A model generated the notes under the pieces. It had not been told where the DNA came from. It saw only the letters and a list, made by a program, of their open reading frames with translations, and did not search any database. Below are positions 11,101 to 19,312 of a DNA stretch of 64,000 nt, piece after piece. The position numbers and the translations under genes are program-made. This stretch comes from Puniceicoccaceae bacterium (GTDB lineage Bacteria; Verrucomicrobiota; Verrucomicrobiia; Opitutales; Oceanipulchritudinaceae), in NCBI GenBank assembly GCA_040830765.1, contig JBFOMH010000005.1, positions 192,001-256,000 on the forward strand, in the 5' to 3' direction. The stretch's first letter is position 1, and every line of letters starts with the position of its first letter.

Positions 11101-11580
11101 AATGAAACGCTCGCCGAGCGTGCCCAGCGTTCCATCGTTGATCCGGCACGGCAGGCGGCATCTCTCGCAGGTATCCCGTCCTATGAACAGCGCGAATGGC
11201 GGATTAACTTCAACACCAGTTACAACTTCGGTCGCAACCACGACCTGATCCCGGACTGGCTTGGAGATTTCACCATTGGTGCCGGTATCCGCTACCAGGA
11301 CAAGATGGGAATCGGCTTCGGTCTCTACACGGATGAGTTTGGCGACATCGCCTTCAATCCGAATGATGCCTTCTACGCACCGAGCCAGACCTTCGTCGAC
11401 CTGTTCTTCCGCTCCGAGTACCGTCTCAGCGACCGGTCCGACCTGATCCTGCAGCTCAACATCAAGGACCTCACGGACCATGATGGCTTGTATCCGTTCT
11501 ACGCACAGCCGGACGGAAGCAAACTGTATCGGATCCTCGAAGGCCGCCTGGTCACCTTGTCTGGAACGATTACCTTCTAA
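8176..11580 (+). CDS. TonB-dependent receptor (Opitutae type)
   Basis: Signal peptide; VFDLSPFVV..GYQATSTLAGSRLKTSLRDIGTSISIV plug start; RIDVQRGPNSALFGLGNPGGIVN; terminal Phe. Alternative start 8170. Confidence 0.92.
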   Translation: MKKHYRLLWLTLPLACIPFTGTYAQDAEDEDVFDLSPFVVTGDDDIGYQATSTLAGSRLKTSLRDIGTSISIVNEELLQDTGSTDLEDVLVLTPNSEVAGLGGNFSATQYAGQGNIIPEGSRDNPSGGFTRVRGLAAADLTRNLFQTDVPFDTFNTDRIDVQRGPNSALFGLGNPGGIVNATTVRANFLKNAGRFRLEADQHGTMRGSFRYNLVPIEDRLAVFVAGLHESTEYEQKQAYSDDERIYLSGVLKITDDIRVHASVESGKIRSTKPDFIPPNDGITPWLLAGKPTVANPVDGAALFRGTGDFFPPSANNSTNSRLLGLNSTSSGLIYFYHDTNNPDPTFVGTGFVRRGRGTPGDVEFMLPRVRPMIRTMKLTGGYFPGDTSQSVPLNEVGFWSRGFVDYQILDRSIFDYRKNLFSSASSQGVDFTAIEGSIEGNWLDNRLGIELAAYDQDFSSWGNNMLQGIEERTIFIDMNQSLMAQDASGNWLPNPNFGQPTMGGRYGGNDLYTNRQTLRATAYAEIAAEDFMKEDSWLTRLLGRFRGTANYTDREIESGQAYDGENGVNPEHVAAALGNGDVTVWNHRADFRKGMSFALPHVGTGSYDLLGATSLSDLSGINIKAPTFGRQRDRPVSPTNAVGWNWQNARFQSFETEVYRLRENDNYWTTFFTDKSKTEIESKILLGQWWIWDDTIVLLGSWRNDQSKRGSVSAPNIRALNAAGEERALNRPRNTRDPAFVAGPKDLQTNADADSKAWSIVIHTPEFIRKMLPAGTDFSIYRSKSDNFQPSSSNVNIFNEPTPAEGGETVEEGFILTTLDGKLNARVNWFETSAVNDRVENSSVNSYAGILVDLVEGTVNPDNIANGWTVADAQAVLPPQGVQDVSGFQPDWANGTAVEARSSNDTATQDYTAEGVEIEISYNPTPQWTLLLTLAQQETVTSNVYPTVNQFVDDFVEPVWVNSPFAQSFIINPDTNETLAERAQRSIVDPARQAASLAGIPSYEQREWRINFNTSYNFGRNHDLIPDWLGDFTIGAGIRYQDKMGIGFGLYTDEFGDIAFNPNDAFYAPSQTFVDLFFRSEYRLSDRSDLILQLNIKDLTDHDGLYPFYAQPDGSKLYRILEGRLVTLSGTITF

Positions 11581-11612
11581 TTCATTAGGAACGTAATCCG
11601 GTTCTGAATTTC

Positions 11613-11648
11613 AGTCCCGGTGCACGCAAGTGCACCGGGGCTTTTTTT
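11613..11648 (+). terminator. Rho-independent terminator of the TonB receptor gene
   Basis: AGTCCCGGTGCAC-GCAA-GTGCACCGGGGCT followed by a T-tract. Confidence 0.85.
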
Positions 11649-11660
11649 AATTCTGCTGAT

Positions 11661-11864
11661 GGAGGGCCCTCGGGCCACGTTTGTACAAAGCCCGCCAGAG
11701 GCGGGCCCTCCTCCTGGATAATCTCCGGAACAATGTTATACGGAGAGCCCGCGTCCCGCGGGCTATTATATTAGGGAGGCCATCATTATACGGAGGGCCC
11801 GCGTCCCGCGGGCCATAATAATATGGAGGCCACCATTGCACGGAGGGCCCGCGTCCCGCGGGCC
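11661..11864. repeat. REP family B cluster (GGAG-GGCCCGC-N5-GCGGGCC), including a 50-bp tandem array
   Basis: Copies at 11741, 11791 and 11841 (50-bp period), an inverted variant at ~11689-11711 and a truncated copy at 11661. Confidence 0.85.
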
Positions 11865-11904
11865 ATTTCCTTTCCCCTTGACGCTCCTCCCCCGTCTCAC
11901 TCTA

Positions 11905-11939
11905 TTGTAAATTAGTGGATGTCTACTATAATACATCCA
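11905..11939 (+). promoter_or_regulatory. Putative sigma70 promoter of the LacI gene overlapped by an inverted repeat
   Basis: TTGTAA (11905) -16 bp- TATAAT (11927); TGGATGT-N10-ACATCCA at 11916-11939. Confidence 0.5.
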
Positions 11940-11952
11940 ACCCTACTCTGCC

Positions 11953-12996
11953 ATGACCCCTAAACGACCCTCATGCAAGACCATCGCTGAAGAAGCCGGT
12001 GTCAGCCGGATGACGGTATCCATGGCCTTGCGCAACCACCCGCGGGTGGCCCCGGAGACCCGGGAACGAATCAAGGAAATCGCCATTCGCCAGGGTTATA
12101 CCCCGGATCCCAACCTGACCCAGCTGATGCGTTACCTGCGCAAGCGGGACATCAGCAAGGAAGAACCCGTCATTGCCTTGTTAAACGGCAACCGCACGCC
12201 ACTGAAGAAGGCCAGTCCGGTGGCCCAGCTTATCCGCAAGGGAGCCGTTGAGCGGGCGGAGTCCCTTGGTTTCAAGACGGAGGACTTCTGGCTCCATGAG
12301 CCCAACATGCGCATCGAGCGGTTGATTCAAATCCTTGAGACCCGCGGCATTCGTGGTGTGGTGGTATTGCCAGTGGAATCGCTGGAGGATGTCTTTTCCC
12401 TGCCGCATGATGAATTTACCGGAGTGGCCACCTGCTCGGTAGCGGCCAAACTGGGCTTCAACCAGGTCCATCCGCACTTTTATCAGGCCATGCATGTTGG
12501 CATCTCCAGCCTTGCGGAAATGGGGTTCAAGCGGATCGGATTCTGCGCTACAAAGGCCGAGGATGAGCAATCGAACCACCTCTACCACTGTTACCTGACC
12601 TGGTACCAGCAGCAGATTGCCAAGAAGGATCAAATCCCGCCTCTGCTCGCAGAAAGCATCTCCAAGGAGGACCTCCTGAAGTGGGTCAAGAAGCACAAGC
12701 CGGACGTTGTCTACAGCTTGAATATGCAGCACTACGAATGGCTCAAGGAATCGGGTTTATCGATCCCGGGGGACATCAGCTTTGCCGCGCTCGGGCCAGC
12801 CTGCGACAAATGTGGCGACATCGCCCGCGTGAATGTCGACTACAAGAAGATCGGGGCCACTGCCATTGACATCCTCAAGGCAAAACTGGCCAACGAGAGC
12901 CTTGGGCCCGTCGAGAATCCAGCCGTTACTTTGATTCGTGGCGAATGGGTCGCTGGCGCGACCGCCGAGATTCCGGAACCGGTTCTGGCCAAGTGA
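11953..12996 (+). CDS. LacI-family transcriptional regulator
   Basis: N-terminal HTH IAEEAGVSRMTVSMALRNHPRVAPETRERI..GYTPD; periplasmic-binding-protein-like C-terminal domain. Confidence 0.9.
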   Translation: MTPKRPSCKTIAEEAGVSRMTVSMALRNHPRVAPETRERIKEIAIRQGYTPDPNLTQLMRYLRKRDISKEEPVIALLNGNRTPLKKASPVAQLIRKGAVERAESLGFKTEDFWLHEPNMRIERLIQILETRGIRGVVVLPVESLEDVFSLPHDEFTGVATCSVAAKLGFNQVHPHFYQAMHVGISSLAEMGFKRIGFCATKAEDEQSNHLYHCYLTWYQQQIAKKDQIPPLLAESISKEDLLKWVKKHKPDVVYSLNMQHYEWLKESGLSIPGDISFAALGPACDKCGDIARVNVDYKKIGATAIDILKAKLANESLGPVENPAVTLIRGEWVAGATAEIPEPVLAK

Positions 12997-15105
12997 TTAG
13001 CGGCCGATATTGACCATCCCCCAGAGCAGGAGGATGACCAGGCCGACAATAACCCAACTGCCCCCAAATCCGAGGATATCCATCTTATCCGGCTTGGCGA
13101 TTTCCCATTGCGAATTGGGGAACATCTTCCGCTTAGCCAGCTCCTGCGGATTATCGGTGGCCCACTGAATGGCCTCCTCGTCCTTCTCGGGAGTCTCCTG
13201 GATGGGAGTGTAGATTTTCCCGAAGAAGTAATCGAGGTGTTTCCTCTCAGCCGGTCGGGTCAGCCAGGAGACCAGGAACAACAGGACGAATGGGAAAAAG
13301 GCGCTGAAGAAGAATCGCGTCGCCACCAATTGGGACTTCTTGAATCCGGTAAAGTCAACGCCAACCAGGCTCAGGACCCAGATTTCCGCCTCAAAGCGGC
13401 CAATCCCGATGAGCGGTGATTCCGGATTTTCGGGATCGATCCGGGCCACTTTTTCAAAGAAAATGCCCTTTGGTTCCACCCGTACTTCCTTGGTGATGGT
13501 ATCGCCGACCCTTTCCGCGCGCCCGAGGGCGACGTCGTCATTATTGGCCGGTGCCTTGTAGCTATGGGTGTAGGGGTCCGTCTGGACAAGGAAGGCCTCA
13601 TTGGTCCGGGCCCACTCCAGTCCCTGGAAGAGATTCGGGAGGATGGCGAAGATGGTGAAGCAGATAACCACCTCGACCACAACCGCAGTGCGGGTAAGGC
13701 GCCGCCAGGTATAGCCGAGCCAGATGGGCGCACCGAAGATCGCCGGAATGGTAATGAAGTACTTGAAGAGCTCGAGCAGGTTGTCGATGTAGACGGCCGC
13801 ACCGATGCCACCAAGAAGGGTCACCGCAATCGTCAAGCGCCCGACCCAGAGGTAATGGTCTTCACTCTTGTCGGGCAGTAACGGCTGGTAAATATTTCTG
13901 ATAAAAAGGGCTGAATTGGAGACTGAACCGGCATCCAAGGTGGACATGTTGGCCGCCAAAATACCCACCAGCATCAGGCCAAGGGCACCGGGAAGCAGCA
14001 GATCCCGGCTCATGACACCCCAGGCAAGGTCTGGGTCGTGTAACTTGCCCGCATAGAGGCCAAGCGCAATCAAGCCGGCCAGGACCCAGAAGAGCATCAG
14101 GAAACGCTTGAAAAACATACCCCCGATCATGCCGAAACGGGCCACTTGCTCATTGGTGGCCGAACCGGCCGTCTGCATCCCGGCCGCTACGGCGACAATG
14201 GCCACCAGGTTGGAAAAGAACATCGCCATGATGGTATACCAGGCGTACTCACTCAGGGATACCGACCCAAAGAGTTCAAAATTAAACTCCGGGACGGCCG
14301 CATGGAGTCCCGCGAAGCCCCCCAACTTGGCCAAGCCAAGCGGTATGAGTATGACGGAAAATATTATAATGAGGACCCCTTGGATGGCGTCTGTTATGGC
14401 CGCAGCCCGGAAGCCCCCCATGATCGTGTAGGCCGCCACCACGATTCCGTAGATGAAGTAAAAAACAATGGGATTGGTGTGGGAATAGAACGATTTCAGT
14501 TCCCCATGGGCATTTTTCTGTAACAGCACCTCATAACGGGCATTCTGTTCATCCGTACGCTCCGTAAAGGTCAGTTTGGCCAACTGCTGATATTCCTCGA
14601 ATTCCTGCACGCTGACCTGTTGTTCCATGGTCAGGGCATCGAAATCCTTGGGCGTCAGGGCCATCATCGTCTTGGCCGCCACCATGTAGCCGACTCCTCC
14701 CCCGATGAAGGCCATGATCAGGGTAAACGCTGCATAGCTACCTCCAAGGAACGGGCTCTGGAACCGCTCGGTGTAGTAATCCCCGATTGTCGTCAACCGG
14801 GACCGGCGGAAGAACAGTGCAGTGAACCAGTAAAACGGGGTGATGAAGAGGACCAGGAACTGGATCCACATGCCTCCCACGCCCTGGCGGTAGGTTTCGC
14901 GGGTTACCGCAACCGCCTGGTCAGCATTGGTGGAGGCACCGAAATTGAGGAAGAACTGGTAGAACTTGCCCAACGAGCGCCCGGCGAGGAAGTAATCCTC
15001 GGTATCGTTGTTCTGTTCACCTGCCTTCTTGCCGAGCCAGAGAATGACGCCGAGGTAAAGCAGGAGAACGATGAGGTCGAGAAAGTGGAGTCCTATGAAT
15101 GTCAC
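12997..15105 (-). CDS. Sodium:solute symporter (SSS family)
   Basis: EDYFLAGRSL, GGFRAAAITDAIQG, GILAANMSTLDA; many transmembrane segments. Confidence 0.9.
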   Translation of the reverse strand: MTFIGLHFLDLIVLLLYLGVILWLGKKAGEQNNDTEDYFLAGRSLGKFYQFFLNFGASTNADQAVAVTRETYRQGVGGMWIQFLVLFITPFYWFTALFFRRSRLTTIGDYYTERFQSPFLGGSYAAFTLIMAFIGGGVGYMVAAKTMMALTPKDFDALTMEQQVSVQEFEEYQQLAKLTFTERTDEQNARYEVLLQKNAHGELKSFYSHTNPIVFYFIYGIVVAAYTIMGGFRAAAITDAIQGVLIIIFSVILIPLGLAKLGGFAGLHAAVPEFNFELFGSVSLSEYAWYTIMAMFFSNLVAIVAVAAGMQTAGSATNEQVARFGMIGGMFFKRFLMLFWVLAGLIALGLYAGKLHDPDLAWGVMSRDLLLPGALGLMLVGILAANMSTLDAGSVSNSALFIRNIYQPLLPDKSEDHYLWVGRLTIAVTLLGGIGAAVYIDNLLELFKYFITIPAIFGAPIWLGYTWRRLTRTAVVVEVVICFTIFAILPNLFQGLEWARTNEAFLVQTDPYTHSYKAPANNDDVALGRAERVGDTITKEVRVEPKGIFFEKVARIDPENPESPLIGIGRFEAEIWVLSLVGVDFTGFKKSQLVATRFFFSAFFPFVLLFLVSWLTRPAERKHLDYFFGKIYTPIQETPEKDEEAIQWATDNPQELAKRKMFPNSQWEIAKPDKMDILGFGGSWVIVGLVILLLWGMVNIGR

Positions 15106-15137
15106 GGGTAGTTGTGGGGAATAGGTGGAAACAGAAT

Positions 15138-15194
15138 GTAGCGAGCGGGTTTATCCCGCGAGGATTAAAATCGCGGGATAAACCCGCTCGCTAC
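15138..15194. repeat. REP family A inverted pair (REPIN-like)
   Basis: GTAGCGAGCGGGTTTATCCCGCGA, 9-bp spacer, then its exact reverse complement. Confidence 0.9.
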
Positions 15195-15330
15195 GTCGAA
15201 TGGATGATAATAAATTTGCAGCATCGGTCTGGACGGACAATCCGCCATCCCGATATACCGTAAAATCTCAACCGGATTTGCAGTTATCGTCAGCAAAGCC
15301 AGTAATGAAGCCCAACAGATTGCCAATCAC

Positions 15331-16914
15331 ATGCCAGACCTGACCCGCATCTCCACCGGCAAAGCCGAATTTGACACCTTTTACCCACGAATTGAGGCCT
15401 TCCTCAAGCAGGACACCATGGATTTGGTGATCGATGGGCAAACCATCCATGGCTACCGCTCCCCTGATTGCCCGGCCATCTGGTTGCGCGACCACAGCGA
15501 CATCATGCGCGGTTGCCGCTATTTCGAGACGGACCTGGTGTCGACAGTCCAACATTTCGCGGATACCCAGGCTGCCAATGGACGGCTCTTCGACTTTGTC
15601 ACCAACCAGTCCCTCAATCCTGAGACTGCGAAGGAAAACTGGGTCCAGTATGTCCGCGTCCCGGTGGAGGCGGATGTGGAGTACCGCTTTGTCAAGGCGG
15701 CCTTCCTGGCCTGGCAGAGTACGGGCAACAATGGCTTCATTGAAAAGCTGATGCCTTCCCTTGAGCGTGCGCTGGAATATGTCTTTACCCACCCTTGGCG
15801 CTGGGACAGTGATCGGCAACTGGTCAAGCGGGCCTATACCATTGATTCATGGGATTTCGCCTACACGGCCGGGATGCATGACTGGCTCCAGTTCCAGATC
15901 GATGACAACACCTTCTGGGGAATCATGCACGGGGATAACAGCGGATACTACGAGGCCTGCCGACTGATGGCCCATATATATACCCGGATCGGAAAGGATG
16001 CCCGGGCCCGGTACTGGAGCAACTTTGCCGAGGGCCTCAGGGACCGACTAAACGCCACCTGCTGGAACGGCCGCTTCTATACCCACTTTGTCAAGACTAC
16101 CCCGGTCGACATCCCCGGGCTCGATGAGGAGAATCAACTCAGTTTTTCCAATGCCATGGATATAAACCGCGGGGTGACCAGTCATTCCCAGGCGGTGTCC
16201 ATCCTTAACGAGTACCTCGGTCGCAAGAAGGAAAATCAATCCTTTGCGGAATGGTACTCCATCGATCCGGCCTTTCCCAACGGGGCTTTTGGTGATGAAA
16301 AACTGGTCCCCGGGGCCTATGTCAATGGTGGCATCCTGCCGCTGGTTGGCGGTGAGCTGGCCCGGGCCTATCTCGAAAACGGATTCGAGGAACAGGGCGT
16401 GGCCACCCTGCGACAGTATTACGGCATGATCGAGGAAAAGAACGAAACCTTCCTCTGGTATTTCCCCGACGGCCGGGCCTCATCCGTCGAGACCAGTACC
16501 AGCCCGGATGCCATGCCAACCGACGGCTGGGGCTCCTCGGCCATGCTCTATGGATTCATGGAGGGACTCGCCGGCATCCAGGACCACGGATGTTGCCTCG
16601 ACGTGGTCCGCCTCTGCCCGCGCTGGGCGGCGGCAGGGGTCGATTCCGCCGAGGTGGAGACCGGTTACGCCGCCTCCGGGGCCCGTTTCGGATACCAATA
16701 CCAGCAAGCCAGCGACTCCCTGAAACTGGAGATCATCAGCCGGCATTCCCTGGTGGACATACACCTGCTTCTCCCCACCGGCGCCGAGGTGGCTTCCGTC
16801 AGCACCCGCTCCGGCGACCTCGAATTCGCCGAATCCACGGTCGGCCAAAGCCACTACCTCGATTGTCAACTCGCCGTCATGGACGGGGCTGAAATCACGG
16901 TCCGGTTCAGATAA
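15331..16914 (+). CDS. Six-hairpin (alpha/alpha)6 glycosidase-like protein
   Basis: IWLRDH, VEADVEY, YTIDSWDF, YVNGGILPLVGGELAR, GWGSSAMLYGFMEGLAGI resemble six-hairpin glycosidase patterns; no signal peptide. Confidence 0.6.
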   Translation: MPDLTRISTGKAEFDTFYPRIEAFLKQDTMDLVIDGQTIHGYRSPDCPAIWLRDHSDIMRGCRYFETDLVSTVQHFADTQAANGRLFDFVTNQSLNPETAKENWVQYVRVPVEADVEYRFVKAAFLAWQSTGNNGFIEKLMPSLERALEYVFTHPWRWDSDRQLVKRAYTIDSWDFAYTAGMHDWLQFQIDDNTFWGIMHGDNSGYYEACRLMAHIYTRIGKDARARYWSNFAEGLRDRLNATCWNGRFYTHFVKTTPVDIPGLDEENQLSFSNAMDINRGVTSHSQAVSILNEYLGRKKENQSFAEWYSIDPAFPNGAFGDEKLVPGAYVNGGILPLVGGELARAYLENGFEEQGVATLRQYYGMIEEKNETFLWYFPDGRASSVETSTSPDAMPTDGWGSSAMLYGFMEGLAGIQDHGCCLDVVRLCPRWAAAGVDSAEVETGYAASGARFGYQYQQASDSLKLEIISRHSLVDIHLLLPTGAEVASVSTRSGDLEFAESTVGQSHYLDCQLAVMDGAEITVRFR

Positions 16915-16927
16915 ATACCTCCATGAC

Positions 16928-16977
16928 CGGAGGGCCCGCCTCTGGCGGGCTTATGGTCCGCGGGACGCGGACCCTCC
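16928..16977. repeat. REP family B inverted pair between convergent genes
   Basis: CGGAGGGCCCGCCTCTGGCGGGCT followed by GGTCCGCGGGACGCGGACCCTCC. Confidence 0.8.
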
Positions 16978-17008
16978 ATCCTGAACCATTCAGGCGGCCC
17001 CAATTCCC

Positions 17009-18628
17009 TCAATAATCGTTAAAGTCCTTCGGGTCCCCCGGCTGCAGGTAGCGCTGTTGGTAGGTCGGTGCATCCGCGGCCATCTTGAGGAAGACATCCA
17101 GCGGGACGACCTCGGCGGAGTCCCCCAGCCCGTCGATGATGTCCGCCACCCGGTCAATGGTCGTTGATTCCCGGACGTGGATAAGGAGGAAGTACGGGCG
17201 CTCCCGGTTGAGGGCGATCAGTTCCTTGAGGTCGGCAATGGCCGCATCGGTGGGCCGGCGAATGCCCAGGTAATAATCGTAGGAAATCATCGGCCGTCCA
17301 TCCCTGAGGTCGAAGGTCCGGGCAGAACCATACCCATTGATGAATCCAATCACATCCGGGAAGGCCTTGTAGTAACGATCCACTACATCCTCGGTCAGGT
17401 CGGTATTGCCGACATGGCGGTTGCCTTCCGAATAGTCCATGATTTCCATGACCCGCAGGTCGAGGATATCCATGAGCCGGTTGGCTTCCTTCATCAGCGG
17501 CCAGAATGCTTCTTCCGGAATCGGCTTGGGATACATGTAGCCAGGGCCTGAAAGCCCTCCGATGAAGTAATCATTGGGCGTTGCCGCCTCGGCGAAGTAC
17601 TGGATGCTGCAGGGAGCGATCCAGGTCCAGTTCATGGAGACCTGCCAGGCGTAGGGAATACGGCCACGGCCTGGCTTGGTCCACGCGCCAATACCCATAC
17701 TGTCCGTCTGGATGAGCGAGATGTAAACCTTGTCCTCGGGCACGATCGTCTCATCCGGCTCCACGTTGTGGTTGTTCCGGAAGTTGAAGTCATCCGTAAA
17801 CGGAACCTGGGTATTGAAACTGATATTCGGCAGGCTGTTGAGACCCTCCATCTTGAGGCCATAGCTGGAAACCAGGCTGACGTGCTGGCCCTCTGTATCC
17901 TTACCATAAGAGTGCCAGCCCATGACCACGCTCTGCGGATTCTGCTGGCTGAGAATCTTGTTGTGCAGGGCCAGCTCCTCAACGTCCTTGGGGCTGGCTG
18001 AGAGGTCGGTAAAGAAGGCGCCACGGTAGATGCCATAGTCGGCAATCCCCGGTTCCATGCGGGCGCGTGCCTGACCACCCATCCAGATAACAATATCCCG
18101 GCTGCAGCGGTCCCAATAACGTTCGTAGGCAATCTGGTAGATTTCCGCATCGTTCATGCCGGTAAAGTCACCCCGCAAATCCTCCACCATGGAGAGCCCG
18201 TGAGCTTCCACCATGGGAATGAGGTCCTCGTTTACCACGAGGACCTCTTCTAACCCGGCGACGGTGAAGGCAACGATCAAGGATGTTCGCACATCCTTGT
18301 CCCACACAACATATCCTTTGGCCTGGTCGGCCAGATGCTCCAACGCTTCACCGGGTGTTCCCAAAACGGTGAACTCAAACCCATGGCGATTTTCGAAAAA
18401 TCCCCGCATGGCCGACGTGATCTTCCACGGCCATTCCGGGGGATAGACAAAATTAAGCTCCGGCCCGTCCTTGTTGACGATGCCCTGCAGGCTAATGAGC
18501 ATGGCCTTTTCCGGAAGGCCGTCCTCAAGATTCCAGCGATTGGCGGACTCCATCAGGTAGGCCGGTCGGGCCATTAGTCCTGTGGCTGCGATTAAGCTCA
18601 ATAAAGTAACCAAAAGTGTCTTCTTCAT
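17009..18628 (-). CDS. GxGYxYP-family putative glycoside hydrolase, secreted
   Basis: Signature SGPGYMYP; signal peptide MKKTLLVTLLSLIAATGLMA. Confidence 0.85.
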   Translation of the reverse strand: MKKTLLVTLLSLIAATGLMARPAYLMESANRWNLEDGLPEKAMLISLQGIVNKDGPELNFVYPPEWPWKITSAMRGFFENRHGFEFTVLGTPGEALEHLADQAKGYVVWDKDVRTSLIVAFTVAGLEEVLVVNEDLIPMVEAHGLSMVEDLRGDFTGMNDAEIYQIAYERYWDRCSRDIVIWMGGQARARMEPGIADYGIYRGAFFTDLSASPKDVEELALHNKILSQQNPQSVVMGWHSYGKDTEGQHVSLVSSYGLKMEGLNSLPNISFNTQVPFTDDFNFRNNHNVEPDETIVPEDKVYISLIQTDSMGIGAWTKPGRGRIPYAWQVSMNWTWIAPCSIQYFAEAATPNDYFIGGLSGPGYMYPKPIPEEAFWPLMKEANRLMDILDLRVMEIMDYSEGNRHVGNTDLTEDVVDRYYKAFPDVIGFINGYGSARTFDLRDGRPMISYDYYLGIRRPTDAAIADLKELIALNRERPYFLLIHVRESTTIDRVADIIDGLGDSAEVVPLDVFLKMAADAPTYQQRYLQPGDPKDFNDY

Positions 18629-18641
18629 GATTCTATCTCCC

Positions 18642-19163
18642 TCAGGCACGCTTGAAAACATGGACTACCGGAGTACTCCGTGATGACCGCAGTTCAATCA
18701 CCGTCAGTCCACTTCCATCCGGATCGAGACGGTACTCGTAGTAACTGCGGACCGCCGTTTCGCCCTGGGATGTCTGGAGCACATAACGGGACTCAACCCG
18801 CAGGGTCCGACCACCATCCATCCATTCGGCGGTGATGGTTTCCGTTCCATCACCCCCCATGTAGGCACCAATGTGGCGGTTCCCCGTCCACCAAGTGACC
18901 GGGATCTTTGTCTCTTCGCCAACAACAAACGGATAAACTTGTGTACTGTTGCGGCGACCAGTCGTAACCGTTCGTGAGATACTGATGGCCTTGCCGTCAA
19001 TGGCGATATCCAGGGTAATCCGTCCCCACGGATCAATGGGGGAACTGGCTTCCCGGTCAATGGTCCATGAGCCGGCAAGAACGGGCACATCCGTCCCGGC
19101 ATGGACAAGGGGGCAGATACTGGCCAATAGGCCAAAAGTTAGAAGGAGTCGTGGGATTCGCAT
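18642..19163 (-). CDS. Secreted beta-rich hypothetical protein (lipocalin-like)
   Basis: Signal peptide; LAGSWTIDREAS strand pattern; co-oriented with the GxGYxYP gene. Confidence 0.55.
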   Translation of the reverse strand: MRIPRLLLTFGLLASICPLVHAGTDVPVLAGSWTIDREASSPIDPWGRITLDIAIDGKAISISRTVTTGRRNSTQVYPFVVGEETKIPVTWWTGNRHIGAYMGGDGTETITAEWMDGGRTLRVESRYVLQTSQGETAVRSYYEYRLDPDGSGLTVIELRSSRSTPVVHVFKRA

Positions 19164-19312
19164 GATAGGTCCCATTGTCCTCATTAAACCTTCCGGGTCA
19201 GCCCCGATTACGTTTTACCATAAAACCAAGGGAGGGTGCCCCTTCCATGCAAATTGGGATTCCCTGAGATTAACTGGCGGGCCCACCTTCAGCCCGTTAC
19301 AGACACCACATT

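Noticed and set aside
11741..11864. Possible mini-CRISPR (24-bp repeat, 26-bp spacers)
   Set aside because: The two spacers resemble each other, the repeat recurs as an inverted pair at 16928, and there are no cas genes
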